Below, piece by piece: positions 8,818 through 16,857 of a stretch of 49,746 bases of DNA. Under the pieces are notes generated by a model. It was not told the origin of the DNA and searched no databases. It worked only from the letters and a program-made list of their open reading frames with translations. Made by a program: the position numbers and the translations under genes. The DNA is taken from contig CALXPF010000002.1 of NCBI GenBank assembly GCA_944390205.1, positions 1 through 49,746 of the forward strand. Direction: 5' to 3'. Position 1 is the first letter of the stretch. The number at the start of each line of letters is the position of its first letter. Origin of the DNA: an uncultured Alphaproteobacteria bacterium. Lineage in GTDB: Bacteria; Pseudomonadota; Alphaproteobacteria; CAAHEQ01; UBA3637.

Positions 8818-11800
8818 ATGAAACTTTTAAACAAATATATCTTAAAACAAATTTTTGTCGGCTTCGTCTTGGTTTTGGCAAGTATGACTGTTTTGGTGTG
8901 GTTGACACAATCTTTAAAAATGATTGATATGATCGTCACCAACGGAGTCCCCGTGCGTATTTTTTTGAAAATGACGCTGTTGGTTTTGCCGAATTTTTTG
9001 CAAGTATTATCCCCGTTGGCCCTGTTCGCCGTTGTTTTGTTTGTTTTTTCCAGAATGCAGTCCGATAAAGAATTGATGGTTATGCAGGCAATCGGTATGT
9101 CTCCGAAACAAATTATGAAACCGGCGTTGATGTTTGCTTTTGTCTTGACGATTTTGGGATTTGTGTTGACATTGGTCCTTGTTCCCGAAGCAACGACCGC
9201 TCTTCGTGAAATGAAGTGGCAAGTCAAGAATGACTTGTCTCATTTGCTGTTGCAAGAGGGGCAGTTCAATTCTTTTAAAAACGGATTGACCCTTTATGTT
9301 AAAGAACGATTGCCGGACGGTTCTGTTAAAGGCGTGATGGCTTATGAAGCAAAAGATCCCGAAAAAACCTCCGTTCTTATTGCAAAAGAAGGTGTTGTTC
9401 TTCAAGAAGAAAAAGGTGTTCGCGTTATTTTTCAAGATGGCATGCGCCAAGAACTGAATCCCAAAACAAAACAATTTTCTGTTTTGAAGTTTGATCAATA
9501 TACCATGTGGTTCAATGATAAAAAGAATGAGGGAGTAACAAGGTCCAGTGATGTAGGCGAATATGATTTGAAAACGCTTATTTTATCACAACCGAAAGAT
9601 GCCGAAAATGATGTTGTTTATCGAAAAATGAAAGTTGAGGCGGTAAAGCGTATTTTACAGCCGTTTTATAATTTTACGTTTGCCTTTTTGGCCATGTTCG
9701 GTGTTCTTTCGGCTCACTACAATCGTCGTGGCCAAATGGGAAGAATTAATCTGGTTGTCGTATTGGCCTTGATCATTCAGTCTCTGGCGTTGGCGTTTGA
9801 AAATATTTCCGGTAAAAATTTGGTCTTTTTACCTTTGATGGCGGTTAATGTGTTTTTACCGATCATTGTTTTGTATTTGATTATGATACGAGGTTATTCG
9901 GTCAAAATCAAAGGGGTGCGAATTGAAATGATTTTGATTGCCCTGATTACCTCTTTGATCGCCTCAACGGCGGTCGCTCAAGTGAAGGCTGATTTTGAAC
10001 ATGCCGTGGATAAGGACAAGCCTGTCGATTTTGAATCCGATACGGTTTTTTATGATAAAAAAAATGATACGGTTATCGCTTCCGGAGATGTTGTTGCCAT
10101 ACAGGAAAAAACAATTTTAAAGGCGGATAAACTGGTTTATAACCGCCAAAAAAATCAAATGACGGCTCAAGGAAACGTTGTCTTAACAATACCGGACGGA
10201 ACAACAACAAAAACACAAGAATTAACCTTGTCGGGAGATATGAAAGAGGCGGTCTCCGGAGCCATGATCATGAAATTGGTCGATGGGACGCATATAACGG
10301 CCTCTCGCTTAAAGCGAACCCACGCCGGAACGGCTCTTTATTTGAAAGATGTGACATATACCCCTTGCGATTTTTGTGAGGGAAGTGCTCCCCTTTGGTC
10401 TTTAAGGGCCAATGATGTTAAACACGATGCCGTTGATAAAACAATGACATATAAACATTCTTTTTTAGAAGTTAAAGATATTCCGATTTTTTATTTTCCG
10501 TATTTGCAAACACCTGATTTTACCGTCAAAAGAAAAACAGGATTTTTGGCCCCCAGTTTGTCACACGGAGAGGAAATGAAGGGCGGAATTACAACTCCTT
10601 TTTTTGTGAATTTATCAGATAATCAAAATTTACTTTTAACGCCAACGTTTTCTCCGACGCATGACCCCCTTGTGATTGCTGATTACAGGGGCTTGTATAA
10701 AGAAGGGTTTTTGAATGTTCAGGCCAGTGGAACGCGGGATAATGATGATGATAAAAAGCAAGGCCATATTAAAGCGGATTTTCGTTATGATGTCTCGGAT
10801 TTGTGGCGTATTCAGGGACAATATTTCAGAACTTCCAGCGATACTTATTTCAGGCGATACAGCATTCCGGGGATTGATGATTCACGCTCTTTTTTAAGAT
10901 CTTATATTGCAGCAGAGCGATTTGGAACACAAAATTATTTTGCCGTTCAAGGGTTATCGTTTCAAAGTTTGCAAGATCGCGTTTCCAGTGATTCAATCCC
11001 GATCATTATCCCTATGATGTTTTATAAAATAAGCACAGATCCGTTGACGGATAATGGGTTGTATGCTTTTACCGAGGTTGATTCGGCTATTTATCAAACC
11101 AGACAACGCTTTAAATCTAATCGATTATCTGTGACGCAGGGTGTTCATTTGCCTTATGTCAGCACATGGGGGGCCGCTTTTGATATTATCGGAACGGTTC
11201 GTGCGGATGGATATCAAATTGATACGGGAGAATATGCATTCGGTGAGCAGAAAACGGATGATACATATACGACGGGGCGTATTTATCCGGTCGGGTCCGT
11301 TAAAATGAGTTATCCGATGGCCATGTCTACCGAAAACACCAGTCAGGTTTTAGAGCCGATCGTTATGTTGGTTTCAGCGCCGAACAGCGGAAATAAAGAT
11401 AAAATTCCGGATGTTGACAGTATTGATTTCGATTTTGACGATACAAACCTTTTTTCCAGAAACCGATTCGCGGGATATGATCGTGTAGAAACGGGAACTC
11501 GTGTTAATTACGGGGTACAGTGGTCTTTGTATGATACGAATGATCGATCTGTTTCGACCATGTTCGGGCAATCTTATCGGTTGACGGATGATGATGAAAT
11601 GAATGCCCTTATGGGAAATGCCGATTCAAATGCATCTGATTATGTCGGACGAGTTCAAGTAAATTATCACACAATTTCTTTGGCCTATCGGTTCCGGTTG
11701 GATGAGCAAAACATGCAGCCCAAAAAGAATGAAATTACATTGTCGGGCGGGTCGGATCCTTTGCGCCTAGGGATTGATTATGTTTATTTAAAACCGGTTC

Positions 11801-12069
11801 AAATCGCAGATAACTATTATTCATCTCGAGAGGAATTACTCTTTTTCGGTTCTTCTAAGTTTTCAAAAAATTGGTCTGTTTCCGGTTATTATCGCTATGA
11901 TTTGGCTAAAGAGGGAGGGCCTGTTGAGGCGGGTCTTATTACACAATATGACAACGAGTGTATCACGATTGCATTTGATGTGGAACGCTCTTTTACCAGT
12001 GATCGTGATTACAGCGGCGGGACATCGATGACCGTTAAATTCATTTTGAAATCTTTGGGGGGTATGTAA
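8818..12069 (+). CDS. lptD: Single ORF joining an LptF/LptG-family permease (aa 1-370) to LptD (aa 371-1083)
   Basis: Residues 1-370 look like a YjgP/YjgQ permease ('YILKQIF...', hydrophobic helices, a periplasmic beta-jellyroll-like middle, and three C-terminal helices). At 9928 an in-frame ATG opens 'MILIALITSLIASTAVAQ|V', a signal peptide. OstA-N-like ('VFYDKKNDTVIASGDVVAIQEKTILKADKLVYNR') and LptD barrel sequence follow. There is no stop codon between the two parts. 'aagggg' lies 11 nt upstream of 9928. Confidence 0.8.
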   Translation: MKLLNKYILKQIFVGFVLVLASMTVLVWLTQSLKMIDMIVTNGVPVRIFLKMTLLVLPNFLQVLSPLALFAVVLFVFSRMQSDKELMVMQAIGMSPKQIMKPALMFAFVLTILGFVLTLVLVPEATTALREMKWQVKNDLSHLLLQEGQFNSFKNGLTLYVKERLPDGSVKGVMAYEAKDPEKTSVLIAKEGVVLQEEKGVRVIFQDGMRQELNPKTKQFSVLKFDQYTMWFNDKKNEGVTRSSDVGEYDLKTLILSQPKDAENDVVYRKMKVEAVKRILQPFYNFTFAFLAMFGVLSAHYNRRGQMGRINLVVVLALIIQSLALAFENISGKNLVFLPLMAVNVFLPIIVLYLIMIRGYSVKIKGVRIEMILIALITSLIASTAVAQVKADFEHAVDKDKPVDFESDTVFYDKKNDTVIASGDVVAIQEKTILKADKLVYNRQKNQMTAQGNVVLTIPDGTTTKTQELTLSGDMKEAVSGAMIMKLVDGTHITASRLKRTHAGTALYLKDVTYTPCDFCEGSAPLWSLRANDVKHDAVDKTMTYKHSFLEVKDIPIFYFPYLQTPDFTVKRKTGFLAPSLSHGEEMKGGITTPFFVNLSDNQNLLLTPTFSPTHDPLVIADYRGLYKEGFLNVQASGTRDNDDDKKQGHIKADFRYDVSDLWRIQGQYFRTSSDTYFRRYSIPGIDDSRSFLRSYIAAERFGTQNYFAVQGLSFQSLQDRVSSDSIPIIIPMMFYKISTDPLTDNGLYAFTEVDSAIYQTRQRFKSNRLSVTQGVHLPYVSTWGAAFDIIGTVRADGYQIDTGEYAFGEQKTDDTYTTGRIYPVGSVKMSYPMAMSTENTSQVLEPIVMLVSAPNSGNKDKIPDVDSIDFDFDDTNLFSRNRFAGYDRVETGTRVNYGVQWSLYDTNDRSVSTMFGQSYRLTDDDEMNALMGNADSNASDYVGRVQVNYHTISLAYRFRLDEQNMQPKKNEITLSGGSDPLRLGIDYVYLKPVQIADNYYSSREELLFFGSSKFSKNWSVSGYYRYDLAKEGGPVEAGLITQYDNECITIAFDVERSFTSDRDYSGGTSMTVKFILKSLGGM

Positions 12070-13241
12070 TGAAATATTTTATTTGTTTGCTTCTTTTTAT
12101 GTGGAGCAGTGTTTCTTATGCGGGGGAAATTATTGCCACCGTTAATGATGAACCGATTTCATCGTTTGATGTCGATATGCGTGCTCGATTGATGAATTTG
12201 CAAAAAGGCATAACTTCTCCGATGAATAAGCAAATGAAAAAGCAAATTTTGAATGCCCTTATCGATGAAAAAATTAAAGTTCAATATGCTCAAAAAAACG
12301 GAATTGTCGTTCGAGATGAAGATGTCCAAAATGCAATTGCTCATCTGGAACAACAAAATGGGATGAAAACAGGGCAATTGGTTCGTGTCCTCAAACAAAA
12401 TAATGTTCCGCTTGATTTTTTAAAAGATCAAATTCGTTCGGATCTTATGTGGTTGCAACTTGTTCAACGCCAAAAACAAAATATTCAGCCCGTACAGCCT
12501 GCCGAAATTAGCGCAAGAAAAAACAAAATACGACGGAGTCTGAGAGAAGAGGGATATTTGTTGGCGGAAATATTAATTCCCAACGAGGCGGAAGCTTTAA
12601 AATGTGAAGAAGAAATTCGCTCCGGAAAAATCGCTTTTGATCAGGCGGCTCGTCAGTATTCAAAAGCTCCTTCCGCTTCTCGAGGCGGACAGATCGGCTG
12701 GGTTAAAAAGAATCATTACGAATCAGTTGTCCAACCTATTTTGGAGCAAATGGTACCGGGTCAGTTGTCACGCCCAATCGAAACAAAAAATGGTTTTTTA
12801 ATTTTGGCCATGTTGGATAAAAAGAAAGCTTTAACAGGTGATACAATTCAAATTTGGGAGCTTGTTCAACAAGCGTTAACACCCAATAAAACGGTTGCTC
12901 TCATGCCGACCATTATCGGTGACTTGCATTCTTGTCAGGATTTTATGACTTTTGCTCGTAAAGAGGCTATTCCGGAATCCATTCAAAAGGGGATGGTTTC
13001 GCCTGATCAATTACCACCCGAGTTAAAGGATTTATTGTCTCCGGCCGATGCCAATACGGTAATCGGTCCCTTGCAAATGAATGGTGCAAATGTTTTCTTT
13101 ATGAAGTGTTCCGTTTCTCAAAAGAACGTTCTTCCCTCTGATGATGAAATTCGAACTCAAATAGAGTTGGAAAGATTGGAGCACTTGTCCGATAAAATTT
13201 TGGAAAATGCCAAACGGTTTGTCGTTGTTGAGTATAAATGA
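12069..13241 (+). CDS. surA: SurA-like periplasmic chaperone / parvulin PPIase
   Basis: It has a signal peptide, a SurA N-domain-like helical region and one parvulin domain ('YSKAPSASRGGQIGWV...NGFLILAM'). The lptD-surA order is conserved, and the start overlaps the lptD stop. Confidence 0.8.
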   Translation: MKYFICLLLFMWSSVSYAGEIIATVNDEPISSFDVDMRARLMNLQKGITSPMNKQMKKQILNALIDEKIKVQYAQKNGIVVRDEDVQNAIAHLEQQNGMKTGQLVRVLKQNNVPLDFLKDQIRSDLMWLQLVQRQKQNIQPVQPAEISARKNKIRRSLREEGYLLAEILIPNEAEALKCEEEIRSGKIAFDQAARQYSKAPSASRGGQIGWVKKNHYESVVQPILEQMVPGQLSRPIETKNGFLILAMLDKKKALTGDTIQIWELVQQALTPNKTVALMPTIIGDLHSCQDFMTFARKEAIPESIQKGMVSPDQLPPELKDLLSPADANTVIGPLQMNGANVFFMKCSVSQKNVLPSDDEIRTQIELERLEHLSDKILENAKRFVVVEYK

Positions 13242-14104
13242 AAGGAAGTATTATGGTTTCAACGGTCTTGATTGATGGGAAAAAACAAGCTGACGAGCTT
13301 TGCTTGCAAATGAAAGAAAAAATAAAAAATTTTTCTCGTCCCCCTTGTCTGGCCGTTATTTTGGTGGGAGATAATCCGGCCAGCTTAATTTATATCAAAC
13401 ATAAAAGAAAATATGCGGAAAGACTTGGTGTCAGCGTTAAGTTTTATCAGTTATCGCCCGTTATGACGGAAGATTCTCTCTGCTCTTTTATTAAGGAGTT
13501 AAATGAAAACCCGCTCATTGACGGAATTTTGGTTCAGTTGCCGTTGCCGTTTCCGTTCGATTCCTATAAAATTATAGATACAATTGATCCCCATAAAGAT
13601 GTTGATGGCCTTTCAAGTACAAACTTGGGGTATCTATTTGTAGGTCAGCCACGTATTATTCCGTGTACACCGTTGGCTTGTATGGCCTTGTTGAAAACGG
13701 TTGTTTCCGATTTTTCCGGCCTGAATGCGGTTGTTATCGGACGATCTCGTTTGGTGGGAAAGCCTTTGGGACAATTATTGTTGGATGCAGGATGTACATT
13801 GATACAGGCTCACTCCCAAACAAAAAATTTGTCGGAACATTGTAAAAATGCTGATATTGTTGTTTCGGCAACCGGGCATACCGGCTTAATCAAAAAAGAT
13901 TTTATAAAGGCGGGAGCCGTTGTTATCGATGTCGGTATATCAAGAACACCGGAGGGTAAAATAGTCGGAGATGCCTGTGCGGACGAGCTCATGGGAATTG
14001 CAGGGGCAATTACTCCGGTTCCGGGGGGTGTCGGACCTATGACAGTCAGTATGATTTTTCAAAACCTTATTTCCATATGTGAAAAAAACTTGTATAATCG
14101 GTAA
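13238..14104 (+). CDS. folD: Bifunctional methylenetetrahydrofolate dehydrogenase/cyclohydrolase
   Basis: Motifs 'LAVILVGDNPASLIYIKHK', 'DGILVQLPLP', 'DVDG', 'CTP', 'VVIGRSRLVGKP' and 'TPVPGGVGPMT' are present. The ATGA overlaps the surA stop. An alternative start is at 13253. Confidence 0.9.
   Translation: MKGSIMVSTVLIDGKKQADELCLQMKEKIKNFSRPPCLAVILVGDNPASLIYIKHKRKYAERLGVSVKFYQLSPVMTEDSLCSFIKELNENPLIDGILVQLPLPFPFDSYKIIDTIDPHKDVDGLSSTNLGYLFVGQPRIIPCTPLACMALLKTVVSDFSGLNAVVIGRSRLVGKPLGQLLLDAGCTLIQAHSQTKNLSEHCKNADIVVSATGHTGLIKKDFIKAGAVVIDVGISRTPEGKIVGDACADELMGIAGAITPVPGGVGPMTVSMIFQNLISICEKNLYNR
14070..14098 (+). promoter_or_regulatory. Candidate sigma70 promoter with extended -10 for the secreted-protein/T4SS block
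   Basis: 'tttcca' (14070..14075), a 17-nt spacer, then 'tgtataat' (TG-n-TATAAT, 14091..14098). It lies inside the 3' end of folD, about 55 nt upstream of the 14151 start. Pattern match only. Confidence 0.3.
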
Positions 14105-14150
14105 TTTATGTTAAAATATAAGTATATACAGATACTAAACGGAGGCAGAG

Positions 14151-15110
14151 ATGAGGAAACAACTTTTGTCAGGAATTGGGATATTTCTTTTAGGGACAAG
14201 CCTTTTGCTGACCTCGACTAAAGAATGTTATGCAGGGCAACCGGTTAAGTATATTGATAATATCCAGCCGATGATTATTGCCGTTTTGTCTACGTTAATT
14301 GCGGATGTTATCAATAATCTTGCCACGCTCTCCGAAGAAACGCTTCAAAACCTTATTATGGGTCCTTCCGGAGATATGTCCGGCGGTAAAAAGGTGGCTT
14401 CATCGGGAGGTGGATCATCGGGAGGTTCTTCATCGAATGCTTCTTCATCAAATGGATCCTCATCGGGGAACTCTTCATCAACATCAACCGGTTCTGCGTC
14501 CACGGGTTCTTCAACAGGTGGTTCTGCTTCCGGAACAACCGCCGGCAGTACGACGATCGAGACGGGTTCTTCTGTTCCGGGTGAGGGCTTTGTCACCGCC
14601 GAAACGGCTTCCAGTGTGTCCCCGACGGGTTATTTGTTTGGAAATGTGGCAGAAGCGGGAACGCCTCAAAAGCCTCTTGTTGATTTAACTTCTTATGGCT
14701 TATCGGAAGATCAATTGGGCAATCCGTCCGCAGCTAAAAACCTTTTGAATAAAAATTTTGTTATCAGCAACGAGAAGGGGGGAAACGCCGCTTCGCAAAC
14801 GTCATTGAAAAAGGTGTATGATAATTTGGTTCAGGTGATTTATGATGCCGGTAGCTCCGCCATGTCCGATTCGTTGAACATGATGGCCGTTTCAACCGAA
14901 TATAACAAAACGAAGGAAGAGGCGGTTGAGTTGATTAAAAAGCCGATCAATATTCGTGAAGATATTCAGGTTTGGACGGGAATGACATTGGGAATGAACA
15001 CCAACATGAATTTGTTGTTGGCGTCTGAGGCAACATCCGCCGGTTTGAATTCTGCAATAGTATTGCAGGATGCTACATCGGCCAAAGCGTTTGGGGAGGA
15101 ATTAAAATGA
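14151..15110 (+). CDS. Secreted protein P1: helical ends around a Ser/Gly/Thr low-complexity core (possible VirB5-like)
   Basis: GGAGG lies 5 nt upstream of the start. The signal peptide is '...LLLTSTKECYA|GQ'. The core is 'SSGGGSSGGSSSNASSSNGSSSGNSSSTSTGSASTGSSTGGSASGTTAGS'. The C-terminal helical part ends '...MNLLLASEATSAGLNSAIVLQD'. Confidence 0.75.
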   Translation: MRKQLLSGIGIFLLGTSLLLTSTKECYAGQPVKYIDNIQPMIIAVLSTLIADVINNLATLSEETLQNLIMGPSGDMSGGKKVASSGGGSSGGSSSNASSSNGSSSGNSSSTSTGSASTGSSTGGSASGTTAGSTTIETGSSVPGEGFVTAETASSVSPTGYLFGNVAEAGTPQKPLVDLTSYGLSEDQLGNPSAAKNLLNKNFVISNEKGGNAASQTSLKKVYDNLVQVIYDAGSSAMSDSLNMMAVSTEYNKTKEEAVELIKKPINIREDIQVWTGMTLGMNTNMNLLLASEATSAGLNSAIVLQDATSAKAFGEELK

Positions 15111-16093
15111 TACTAAAAAAGATTTTAATAATCGGCTTTTCTTGCCTCTTGACATCTTCGGTTTTCGCACAAGGAACGGCGTTTATTACCGGACCGCAGT
15201 TGAGTGTTGAAAAGGTATTGGATAATATTAAGACAGAACTCCAAAAGCAAGTGGGATTGGATCAAAACTTATTATCTCAATGGGAAAATTTATCGTTGGG
15301 TAATATTGTTTCTTCTCAATTAAAGACGCTTCAAAGCTCGGCTATTTCAAAGGGGCGTCAGATGAGTGACTCTCTATGGAATGCCATTAACGGGAAAAAA
15401 CCGAACGGATCCAGTGCTTCTTCCGGCGGTAAAACGTCGGGTGGCAGATCTTCGGCATCGAGCTCTTCCGGCGGAACATCGAATGCATCCACTGCTTCTT
15501 CAAGTGCTTCTTCAAGTGCTTCTTCAAGTGCTTCGTCGACCGGAACGGCGTCTTCCGGAAAACCAAACACCGGTACGGCAACGGCAGTTGCAAATTCTAC
15601 CTCATCCGCTGCTCAGGAGGCAACACAAGCGGCAAGCGGTACGACCGCAGCGACAACTTCCGGTGTTGTAGACGGCTCTTCATTGATGGAGGTGAACGGA
15701 TCAACAAATTACGGCAATTTGGAGAAGTATAAAAATGCGGAACAAAATAAAAAGTTAATTCAACAAAATCTTCAATTTAAAGCGGGGAGGACCTCTTCTG
15801 TCGGAGATTTTAATACCATTGTTCAAAATTTAGAGAATGCCATTAAGTCAACGGCAACAAATTCAACGGCTGTTTCGTTGGTCCATCAGGCAACGGCACC
15901 GAAATATTTGGATTGGGTTGAAGAGGCTGAAAAGCAGTTAGAAACGGCTCAAGATGAAAGAACGGCCATTCAATGGAATTCATTTATCACAATTTCCGGT
16001 TTGGATTTTTGGAACAAGCTATTGATTACCAAATCGGGCGCTTTGAATCTGGAAGGCATTCTTGCCAATCAAAAGGCGGGATCTCAATTTTAG
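15107..16093 (+). CDS. Secreted protein P2: helical ends around a Ser-rich core (possible VirB5-like)
   Basis: The ATGA overlaps the P1 stop. The signal peptide is 'MILKKILIIGFSCLLTSSVFA|QG'. The core contains an (ASSS)n run. The C-terminal helical part ends '...WNKLLITKSGALNLEGILANQ'. Confidence 0.75.
   Translation: MILKKILIIGFSCLLTSSVFAQGTAFITGPQLSVEKVLDNIKTELQKQVGLDQNLLSQWENLSLGNIVSSQLKTLQSSAISKGRQMSDSLWNAINGKKPNGSSASSGGKTSGGRSSASSSSGGTSNASTASSSASSSASSSASSTGTASSGKPNTGTATAVANSTSSAAQEATQAASGTTAATTSGVVDGSSLMEVNGSTNYGNLEKYKNAEQNKKLIQQNLQFKAGRTSSVGDFNTIVQNLENAIKSTATNSTAVSLVHQATAPKYLDWVEEAEKQLETAQDERTAIQWNSFITISGLDFWNKLLITKSGALNLEGILANQKAGSQF
15494..15535 (+). repeat. 12-nt in-frame microsatellite (gcttcttcaagt) x3 plus a degenerate copy
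   Basis: Three exact consecutive copies of 'gcttcttcaagt' at 15494..15529 are followed by 'gcttcgtcgac'. They encode the ASSS repeats inside P2. Confidence 0.85.
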
Positions 16094-16102
16094 GAGGTTG
16101 AA

Positions 16103-16840
16103 ATGAAGTTAGGGCGAAATATATTGATTGTTGGGGGACTCCTCATTTTACCCATGATGGGATGGGCTAATTCAACCTTTGATATCCCCGGTGTTGCTCA
16201 GTCAATTGAGCAAATTGCGGCAACGGTTAATACGACTGTCTCAGATCTTCAAGCCGTGGAAGATGCACGCCAGAAATTGCAAAATATCGGGATGCCGGGA
16301 GTTCAAAAAAGTGAAACGGTAGAAGAGCAGGCAAGTATCCTTGTGAACGAGGAAATTTTGCCGATTGTTCCGAAAGAATTAAAAAGCTTGTTAGAGGAAA
16401 AAGATCCGGACGTTGTTAAGGTGGAAGAAAAATTGAGAGAATTGATTTATTTTGATCCAAAGACAATGATCGCCACCACAGAAACGGTTGAAGGACAATC
16501 CAATAAGAATCAGGATAAACCGGGAGAATTGGCGTATCAGCAAAAATATTATGTGCTAAACTTATTGCATGCAAAGGCCGTTGCAACGATTTCACAACAA
16601 AACTCCGAAAAGACAACTGAGGATTTTAAAAAATTAAAAGAAGATTTGGAAAAAAGAGAATCAATCATTGATTTGTATAAGGGGTTGGGCATTTTGACCA
16701 TACAAATGGCGGGAAAAATGACAGAGTTAAATGTTCTGGCCTCAGAGAGAGCTCGAATTGATGCGTTGAGAGCTCTACAAGGTGCTCGTGTTGATGAAGA
16801 TAATACTTCTGCTTCAACGGGTCAGAAGGGGTTATTTTAG
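16103..16840 (+). CDS. Secreted helical protein P3 (possible VirB5-like, no low-complexity insert)
   Basis: AGGAGG lies upstream. The signal peptide is '...LLILPMMGWA|NS'. The mature N-terminus 'STFDIPGVAQSIEQIAATVNTTVSDLQ' resembles the 'IPV.D...Q' start of VirB5/TraC proteins. The protein is helical and charged throughout. Confidence 0.7.
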   Translation: MKLGRNILIVGGLLILPMMGWANSTFDIPGVAQSIEQIAATVNTTVSDLQAVEDARQKLQNIGMPGVQKSETVEEQASILVNEEILPIVPKELKSLLEEKDPDVVKVEEKLRELIYFDPKTMIATTETVEGQSNKNQDKPGELAYQQKYYVLNLLHAKAVATISQQNSEKTTEDFKKLKEDLEKRESIIDLYKGLGILTIQMAGKMTELNVLASERARIDALRALQGARVDEDNTSASTGQKGLF

Positions 16841-16857
16841 AAAGGAAAGGGTAGAAC

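Noticed and set aside
8781-9498. 148-aa and 163-aa minus-strand ORFs opposite the LptF/G-like region
   Set aside because: They are antisense to a recognisable permease and show no motifs.
14299-14688. ORFs of 129, 83 and 60 aa on alternative frames and strands (14299..14688 +, 14345..14596 -, 14356..14538 -) inside P1
   Set aside because: These are shadow ORFs created by the Ser/Gly-rich low-complexity tract. They have no RBS or signal features, and the P1 frame has a clean RBS, signal peptide and operon packing.
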